Part shown: positions 45,240 through 52,221 of the stretch, one piece after another
How the letters are laid out: every line of letters begins with the position of its first letter
Position numbering within the stretch: position 1 is the stretch's first letter
IMG/VR virus record: IMGVR_UViG_3300048041_000040
Location: 1-52,221 of that record
DNA length: 52,221 nt
From: a virus
Taxonomy: Duplodnaviria; Caudoviricetes
Direction: 5' to 3' (one strand)
Made by a program: the position numbers and the translations under genes
Notes under the pieces: model-generated
The model's input: the letters and a program-made list of their open reading frames with translations, nothing else
Databases searched by the model: none
Told to the model about the DNA's origin: nothing

Positions 45240-46604
45240 ATGGCCATCGTAACCGTAAATGTATCGCAGCAGGTCGGCAGTGCGCCGAACATGTTGCAGC
45301 GTACTGGCGCGCTAGTCTCTACCGGCGGCACCACTCTCGCGCAGTACGGCACTCTGCTGTTGACGCAACTCTCCGACCTGACCAGTTCACTGGCCGGGGC
45401 GGTTACGATATCCTCAGCGGCGGAAGTCAGCACAACCGTCACCGTCACCACGGCGACGAACCACGGGTATACGACCGGGGACTTGGTGACGATTGCCGGG
45501 TTCACGACGCTGGGCTATAACGGCACCTGGGCGATTACCGTTACCGGCGCGACTACGTTCACCTTCGCCACCGCGTCGGGCCTGACCACGCCTGCGGTCG
45601 GTAGTGGCGTGGTCACCGATCAAGACGTGTCGGAATTGGTCGCGATGGCGACGACGTTTTTTGCGCAAGGGTCGAGCGTTGCGGTGTACGTTCTCGAACT
45701 CGGCCACGGTACGGCTGACGTGAATGTCGCGGCGCTGTCCACATACCTGACGGCGAATCCTCTCAAGTTTTACCGCTATCTGGTGCCGCGCGGTTTTGAC
45801 GCCGATGCGAACTTCGTCACGCTGGTCAACTCCTACACATCGGCGACCGCAAAAGTATATTTCCATGTTACGGCGACGCTCTCGACGTATTCGAGCTTCA
45901 CGACAGTGAACGGTAAGGCCGTTGTTATGTCGATCGAGGCCGCGTCGATCCCCGCGACGGAGTTCACTGCCGCCGCGTTGATGTGGGCCGCTTTGAGCTA
46001 CCAGCCGAGTTCGACTAATCAGGTTACGCCGTACTGCTACAGTTACCTGTTCGGCGTCACGACGTACCCGGCGACGACCACTCAAGCCGTGACATTCAAG
46101 GCCGCAAACCTGAATTATGTGACGACCGGCGCCGAGGGCGGCATCAGCGATTTGATGCTGGTCAACGGCACGCAAGCCGACGGCAACCCGCTCAATTATT
46201 GGTATTCGGTCGACTGGATGCAAATCCAGGTAGACCAGGCGATCAGCGCCGCGATCATCAACGGCAGCAACAATCCGCTCGCCCCGCTCTACTACAATCA
46301 GCAAGGCGTCAATGTCTTGCAGATCGTTTCACAATCGGTCGCGCAGCAAGCGGTTGCCAACGGCTTGGCGGTCGGTCCGGTGACGGGTTACAGTCTGACC
46401 TCGGCGGCGTTCACCGCACTACTGCAAAGCGGCAATGCGCCGTTGGGCGTGCTGGTCAACGCCGTGCCGTTCGCCTCGTTCGTATCGCTCAATCCGAGCG
46501 ACTACCCGATCGGTCTGTATTCGGGCCTGTCGGTCAGTTACACGCCGGCGCGTGGATTCCAAAATATCGTGTTTAACGTCAACGTGTCGAACTTCATCCC
46601 ATAA
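45240..46604 (+). CDS. Contractile tail sheath protein with FCCH-like insertion
   Basis: IVTVNVSQ, FFAQG, YWYSVDW.QI, L.Y.QQG., RGF..I.FN motifs. Confidence 0.87.
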   Translation: MAIVTVNVSQQVGSAPNMLQRTGALVSTGGTTLAQYGTLLLTQLSDLTSSLAGAVTISSAAEVSTTVTVTTATNHGYTTGDLVTIAGFTTLGYNGTWAITVTGATTFTFATASGLTTPAVGSGVVTDQDVSELVAMATTFFAQGSSVAVYVLELGHGTADVNVAALSTYLTANPLKFYRYLVPRGFDADANFVTLVNSYTSATAKVYFHVTATLSTYSSFTTVNGKAVVMSIEAASIPATEFTAAALMWAALSYQPSSTNQVTPYCYSYLFGVTTYPATTTQAVTFKAANLNYVTTGAEGGISDLMLVNGTQADGNPLNYWYSVDWMQIQVDQAISAAIINGSNNPLAPLYYNQQGVNVLQIVSQSVAQQAVANGLAVGPVTGYSLTSAAFTALLQSGNAPLGVLVNAVPFASFVSLNPSDYPIGLYSGLSVSYTPARGFQNIVFNVNVSNFIP

Positions 46605-46615
46605 GGCGCTGAACC

Positions 46616-47059
46616 ATGTCCTCTAATCCGATGATCCCGCAAGGCACGCTCAACCGGCTACGGGGAAGCGTCAATTTCGTCAGCAACTCGCAACTCAACG
46701 TGACCGCGCCGTACCTCGGGAAAGCAGGCATTTCGCTTGCGCTCGAAGGCGAAAGCACCTTGATGATCCCCACCATGTCCGGCACGGTCACATCGCCAGA
46801 GCCGTACATGATGGCGTCGTGCGTGATCAACCTGCTGAAGACGCAGAACCTCGCCGCCGTGTTCAAGGCGCAAATGGAGAACACTACTCTGGTCGGCGAC
46901 TTCGTGGTCACGCCTGACACTCCCACGCTGCCGACGTACTACATCAATAACGCGGCGATCGAGTCGATTAAGGAAATGCCGATTAACGGGGAAGACGCCG
47001 GGTTCGTCATCACATTGAAGGGCTACTACATCGTCAACAACGCGCTCTGGAACATTTAA
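46616..47059 (+). CDS. Tail tube protein
   Basis: 147 aa after the sheath; QGTLNRLRGSV, VTSPEPY. Confidence 0.8.
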   Translation: MSSNPMIPQGTLNRLRGSVNFVSNSQLNVTAPYLGKAGISLALEGESTLMIPTMSGTVTSPEPYMMASCVINLLKTQNLAAVFKAQMENTTLVGDFVVTPDTPTLPTYYINNAAIESIKEMPINGEDAGFVITLKGYYIVNNALWNI

Positions 47060-47631
47060 TGCGCATCGACAAGTCGCTCAATCTGGTAGTGCCGGTCGAA
47101 ACTGAAGCCGGCACGCTCTACGTGCATTCCACGCCCATCCGCGTGGAAACGTTTAAACGCCATTTTCTCATACTCTCGAAGACGCTCAGTGCGATGTACG
47201 AAGAGGGCATAGGCCGTAGCCTCGGCCCCCGCGTGGCAAGTTTGATGCTGCAAAAAATCGCCGCAGAGACCGGCGTATGGGATGGAGACGCGGGCGTCGA
47301 GAACAGCCTGTTCGCCGAAATTCGCCGCCTGTCGAACGTCATCGTGCCGACCGCGTCCGGGTGGCAAAGTTTGCCCCTGGCGGACGCCGCGAAGCAAGGG
47401 CACCTGACGGCCTTGGAGATCGAGGAGGCGGAGGGGTTCATCGTTTTTTTTACATGCATCTATCATCTACACAAGCGCAAGGACTTGCACTCGTTCATGG
47501 CGCCGATGAGTACGCTGTGGGATACGGAGAGTACCTTGTTAAGTTCTACGGAATACCGCGATTCATTGCCGATCTTGACCGAGACCGAGACTTTTGTGCA
47601 GACCGTACCACAGTCGTCAGTGCCGGGCTAG
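47059..47631 (+). CDS. Tail assembly chaperone (G), with possible -1 frameshift product ending at 47759
   Basis: Between tube and TMP; T8 slippery run at 47444-47451; -1 frame open to 47759. Confidence 0.7.
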   Translation: MRIDKSLNLVVPVETEAGTLYVHSTPIRVETFKRHFLILSKTLSAMYEEGIGRSLGPRVASLMLQKIAAETGVWDGDAGVENSLFAEIRRLSNVIVPTASGWQSLPLADAAKQGHLTALEIEEAEGFIVFFTCIYHLHKRKDLHSFMAPMSTLWDTESTLLSSTEYRDSLPILTETETFVQTVPQSSVPG

Positions 47632-47760
47632 ACTGGATTGCGAACGAAGGTTTCAGGGAATTTTTCGGGGAGCAGGATTACGACTTCCCGTATAGCTCGG
47701 CGCACGAGTTCCGTCAACGGCATTTACTGCACGCGCTAGAGCGAAAAGGGGTTTTCTGAA

Positions 47761-49722
47761 ATGGTTAATAAAAGCGTCATTGAGATTGATGTACGCGACG
47801 AGGCCTTTAAAGAATTCGCCGCCTTGTTCGGCAAATACCGCACCGATCTAGCCGCGCTTCCCGGCGCGTGGGACAAGCTCGATAAAGCCATCAAGTCCAC
47901 AAAAAACCCAATCACCCAACTTAGCGCCATTGGTAAAACGATGAGCGAAGAGTTCAAAAAAGCCGCTACGTTTCAGGACAAACTCCGCGTGGCCACGCTC
48001 GGCGCGGGCAAAGCGTTCGGCGCCATCGCCAAGAGTGCCGGGTCTGCGGCCAAGTCGATTAAAGGCATCACATTAAACCTGTTCAAATGGGCGAGTTTGT
48101 CCAGTTTCTTTACCGGGATATTGGGCGGCGCGGGCCTATTCGGGCTGGATCGGCTCGGCAAAGCGCAAGGCGATCAGCGGCGCGAGGCGCAAGGGTTGGG
48201 CGTGACCACCGGGGAGCTATCCGCGTCCAAAATCAGCTTCGGGCGGGCCTTCGACGTAGAGAGTACGCTGGCGAGAGTGGCCGCAGCAAAAAACGACCCG
48301 ACGCAGTGGGGCACTCTCGGAGCGCTCGGCCAGCGCCCGCAAGATTTTCAGGGCAAGAGTAGCGCCGACCTGCAAGAAAAGTTACTGCTGTCGGTAAAGG
48401 ACTTAGTGGACCGGGGCGGCGTCAATTACCAGCAAGTCGCCAAGGCGCGCGGAGCCGACCAGTTTTTCAGTGCCGAGGACTTGACCCGCATCAAGTCCAT
48501 GAAGCGCGAGGAGGTCGAGCAACTTGTCGCGAGTTATCACGCGCGTAAGGCACTGCTTGACCAGGACGAAGCGAGCCTGCGCAAATGGCAAGCGTTCACC
48601 GAGTCGCTGTCGCTCGCGGGGCAGCGCATCGAGAATGTGTTAGGCGACAAGCTGGTGCGCCTGGCCGAGCCGATCGGTAGATTGTCCGCCGCGTTCACTG
48701 ACGCTGTGGCCAAGCTGCTCGATACCGGCAAGATAGATAAATGGATCAACCTGCTGGCCGACGACATTAAACGGTTCGCCGACTGGCTGGGGGGAGACGA
48801 AGCTGACGCCGCCATGCGGAAATTCCTCGACGCACTAGACGACATCGGCGGCGCCCTGTATGCGTTCGGCGGCGCTATCGGTAAAATCCTGCACCTGCTC
48901 CCCGGCGTCGGAGAGAAGACGCTGAAATACACGCAGCAAAAGCAACTCGACAGCCTGGAGGAATTGGCGCCGGACCTTGAAAAGAAACTGCGGGTCCAGC
49001 TCGAAAACCCGTCATTTGCGCATAATGAAAAACTGAACAAGGAGATTGCCGAGGAACTGGCGAAGGCCAGCGCGGGTCCGGACGCCGAAAGAGTGAACGC
49101 GATCGTACAGGCGCTTAGGGGCGGGGCGGCTACCGCCGCCGTGCGAACCGACCACGGAGAGGCATTTGTCCGGGAACTGCGGGGGAAGAACCCGGCAACG
49201 AACCGGTTCTCCGATCTGGAAAAGCAGAACAGCTTGCCTCCGAACCTGCTGGAGAGCGTCGAAAAGCAGGAATCGAATAGTGGGAAAAACAAGAACGACA
49301 GTTCCGTAGGGGCGCAGGGTCCGTTCCAGTTCATGCCGGCTACGTGGAGCCAGTACGGGCGCGGTGGCGACGTACACGACGAATCCCGCGCGGCTGAAGC
49401 GGCGGCAAAACTGTACGCCTACCTGTTAAAGAAGTACAAGGGGGATGTGGCTAAGTCTCTCGCGGCCTACAACTGGGGCGAGGGGAACGTCGATAATTAT
49501 GGCCTGAAAAACGCGCCAAGGGAAACCCGCGAATACGTAGCTAAGATAATGGCCGACATGCAACGGCGGAACGGAGCCGATCAACCCGCACAGGTTACGT
49601 CAGTCGCGCAGGCCGCGCCGAGCGTAGGGCGTGCCGCGCCGCCGCAAAACGTCAACATCAGCGTGACGGTTCCGGCCGGCGCGGATGTGCACCAAACGAT
49701 TAACGGGATGGCGCCGGGATGA
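47761..49722 (+). CDS. Tape measure protein with C-terminal lytic transglycosylase
   Basis: Helical Ala/Lys-rich body, hydrophobic patch, SLT motifs. Confidence 0.88.
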   Translation: MVNKSVIEIDVRDEAFKEFAALFGKYRTDLAALPGAWDKLDKAIKSTKNPITQLSAIGKTMSEEFKKAATFQDKLRVATLGAGKAFGAIAKSAGSAAKSIKGITLNLFKWASLSSFFTGILGGAGLFGLDRLGKAQGDQRREAQGLGVTTGELSASKISFGRAFDVESTLARVAAAKNDPTQWGTLGALGQRPQDFQGKSSADLQEKLLLSVKDLVDRGGVNYQQVAKARGADQFFSAEDLTRIKSMKREEVEQLVASYHARKALLDQDEASLRKWQAFTESLSLAGQRIENVLGDKLVRLAEPIGRLSAAFTDAVAKLLDTGKIDKWINLLADDIKRFADWLGGDEADAAMRKFLDALDDIGGALYAFGGAIGKILHLLPGVGEKTLKYTQQKQLDSLEELAPDLEKKLRVQLENPSFAHNEKLNKEIAEELAKASAGPDAERVNAIVQALRGGAATAAVRTDHGEAFVRELRGKNPATNRFSDLEKQNSLPPNLLESVEKQESNSGKNKNDSSVGAQGPFQFMPATWSQYGRGGDVHDESRAAEAAAKLYAYLLKKYKGDVAKSLAAYNWGEGNVDNYGLKNAPRETREYVAKIMADMQRRNGADQPAQVTSVAQAAPSVGRAAPPQNVNISVTVPAGADVHQTINGMAPG

Positions 49723-52221
49723 GCTTCGGGCGCACAGCTTTTCAGGTCGGGTTTGAAGTATCCCCGATCCTGCTCGTACAAGGCCTTGCCGCGAGCATGC
49801 CGGGCAATATGTTGCCGATCCTCGCGATTACGCAGGCGGCGAGTTTCGTCAATGGCCTGTTGTCCGGGGCCGTCAGTCTGAACCCGGACACCTATTTCGC
49901 TCGGTTTCAGCCGATGGCGGGCGGGACATTGATCTCAAACCAGATCGGACAGTACCCGTTCGCTAACCAGACCGTCGCGGCCAACGCGATCATTTCCCAG
50001 CCCTTGAATATCAGCGTGGAAATGATTTGCCCGGCACGTCAAGCCGGCGACATGATCGTGCGCCTGGCGACCTTGAGTGCGCTCAAGCTGGCGCTGGATA
50101 ACCACATCGCGCAAGGCGGATACTTCACATATGCCACGCCCGCGTTCATCTACACGAATTTAATCTTGATCGGGCTTCGCGACATTACGCCGGGCGACAG
50201 CAAACAAAAACAGACCGTGTGGCAGTGGGACTTCCAGCGCCCGCTTATCACTCAAGATACCGCCGCGACCGCTACGAACTCGCTCATGTCAAAGCTGAAC
50301 AGTTTTCTACCGCCGGGCACGCCGGCCGGTATCACGCCATCGTGGAGTGGGATACAATCGGCGGTAGGCAGTTCGGTGTCCAACGCGCTCGGCGCGGTCG
50401 TGCCGTCCGCAAGCAATTTGGTCGGTTCGGTCACCGGCTTGAGCAACACTCCCGCAGATTTCGCTGAAGGCCCGTAAAATGAAAAAACTTGCATACCTGC
50501 TCGCTCTGGGGTCCGGCCTGGCCTTCGCCGCCGGTTCGACGGTCGACCCGACGATCCCCTCCGCGAGTTCGCCGCTAGAGTCCGCGCCGGTTCGGGGGAA
50601 CTTCGCCGCCGCCGCCAATGATATCAACGCGCTGATACAGATCAACGCCGGCACGACTGCCCCGGCGACACCGTTGCTTGGCCAGCAGTGGCTAAACACT
50701 ACATCGACCCCCTACGTGTGGAACGTGTTCGACGGCGCCGTGTGGGACACGATCGGATCGTTGAACGCGAGCACGAATACATTTCAAGCCGGGTCGGTGC
50801 CGTGGTCCGGCGTCACGGGCACGCCGACGACGCTTTCCGGGTACGGGATTACGAACGGGGTATCCAGCGTCGGTGTGACAATGCCGTCCGCGTTTTCGTG
50901 TACCGGCAGCCCGGTCACGTCGAGCGGCACGGTCGCCTGTGCGTTCGCGGCGCAATCGCAAGCATACTTCCTGGCCTCGCCGGCCGGCTCTACGGGCGCC
51001 CCGTTGATGCGTCAAATTGTCGCCACGGATGTGCCGACGCTGAACCAGTCCACGACGGGTAACGCGGCCACTGTGACCACGAATGCGAACTTGACCGGGG
51101 ACGTTACGAGCGTCGGGAACGCGACAACGCTCACGCCAACGGGCGTGACGGCGGGGACGTACGCGCAGATGACCGTCGACGCAAACGGGCGGGCTACGGC
51201 GGGCGTCACGATAAATACGGTGCCGTTCGGCGGTACCGGCGTGGCGAGCATATCCGGGATCGTGAAAGGCGCCGGCACAGGCCCCTTTGTGACCGCGACG
51301 CCGGGAACGGACTATATCGCTCCCGGCGGCGCCTTCGGCACGCCTTCATCCTTGACTTGCACAAACTGCAGCGGAACGGCAGCGGGGTTAAGCATCGGCG
51401 GCACAGTCAACGGCAACACGCTAACCGCCGGCAGCAGTACGTACACTGGAACTGCCGGAAAGACCTACACCTTCCCGGCTACGACCGACACCGTTGCCGG
51501 GATCGGAACCGCACAAACTTGGACGGCCGCACAAACTTTTACGAATTCGGATTTAAAGCTACTTGGCTCTTCTACGGGCGTAACCACATTCACCAGCGCG
51601 AACTCTGGTGCAAGCAACTACACTGTGACCGTGCCGGCCGGAAGCATTACGGTTGCACGAACCGATGCGGCACAGACATTTACCGGCGAGCAGACATTTA
51701 ATGGCCCGTCAGGTTCTCCGGCCATGTTGGTACAAGGCGCAGGTACTGCTGGTTCGAATTATGGATTGAGAGTTCAGGCTGGTCTGAACGCGTCAGATTA
51801 TTCATTCTATGTGGTTGATAATACAAGTACCTATGGATTATTCGAAGTTCTGGGAACTGGCGCTGTAAAAGTAAATAGCGGAGCACAATCACCGACCACT
51901 GCTTTGATAGTGACAGGTGCTACAACCATTTCTACCACATTAGGTGTTTCAGGTGTAGCATCATTCTCGGGAGCATTAACTGCAGGTTCATCAGCAAATA
52001 CTTCAATTGGATATTCAGGATTTGCTAATCCAACTGCTGGCACTTCAGCAGGTACTTCTATCGCATTGAATGGATACCAAGCATCGGCAAATAATTACGG
52101 TATTGGTATTAGCGCCGCAGCGTTGAACGCATCAGGCAAATACGATATATGGTATCAGACAGGAGCCACGAATGGCGGTGGACACGCATTCTTTAGTGGT
52201 ACTACTCAGACTGGCTATTTG
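49001..52221. repeat. Terminal direct repeat, copy 2 (duplicates the TMP 3' end, gene 49719-50477 and a truncated fibre gene from 50479)
   Basis: Matches 1-3221. Confidence 0.97.

Noticed and set aside
49001-52221. True tandem duplication of tail genes or a fixed T7-like DTR
   Set aside because: Ends fall mid-gene and the repeat sits at both contig ends; circular permutation or assembly overlap is simpler
1-52221. Integrase/att sites, tRNAs, alternative genetic code
   Set aside because: No recombinase motifs or tRNA cloverleaves found by eye; genes are intact and tightly packed under code 11

Overview
The window is one complete ~49.0 kb tailed dsDNA phage genome: bases 49001-52221 repeat bases 1-3221, giving a period of exactly 49,000 bp, with one substitution seen between the copies. 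Gene content and order resemble Bcep781/OP2-like contractile-tailed (myo)phages of Proteobacteria; this assignment is from recognition, not a database search. The morphogenesis arm (+) runs terminase, portal, MuF-like head protein, protease-scaffold, decoration, MCP, neck, sheath, tube, chaperone, tape measure with SLT domain, baseplate, several fibre/spike genes, then a lysis cassette that ends in a lipase. A leftward arm encodes SSB, a Cas4-like exonuclease, family A DNA polymerase and small early genes. A rightward arm encodes an SF2 helicase, VRR-NUC nuclease, C5 methyltransferase and primase-helicase. No integrase, CRISPR array, tRNA or reverse transcriptase was seen. The most unusual points are: (1) a dual-frame, M.EcoHK31I-like split C5 methyltransferase; (2) two separate ~45-aa internally deleted 'mini-methyltransferase' ORFs directly upstream of the helicase and primase genes; (3) a portal protein with a ~290-aa foreign C-terminal cargo behind a putative protease site; (4) one FCCH-like beta module inserted into four different virion proteins; (5) twin sigma70 promoters with a palindrome filling the spacer; (6) a lipase-containing lysis cassette with no clear i-spanin; (7) two T8 frameshift sites.
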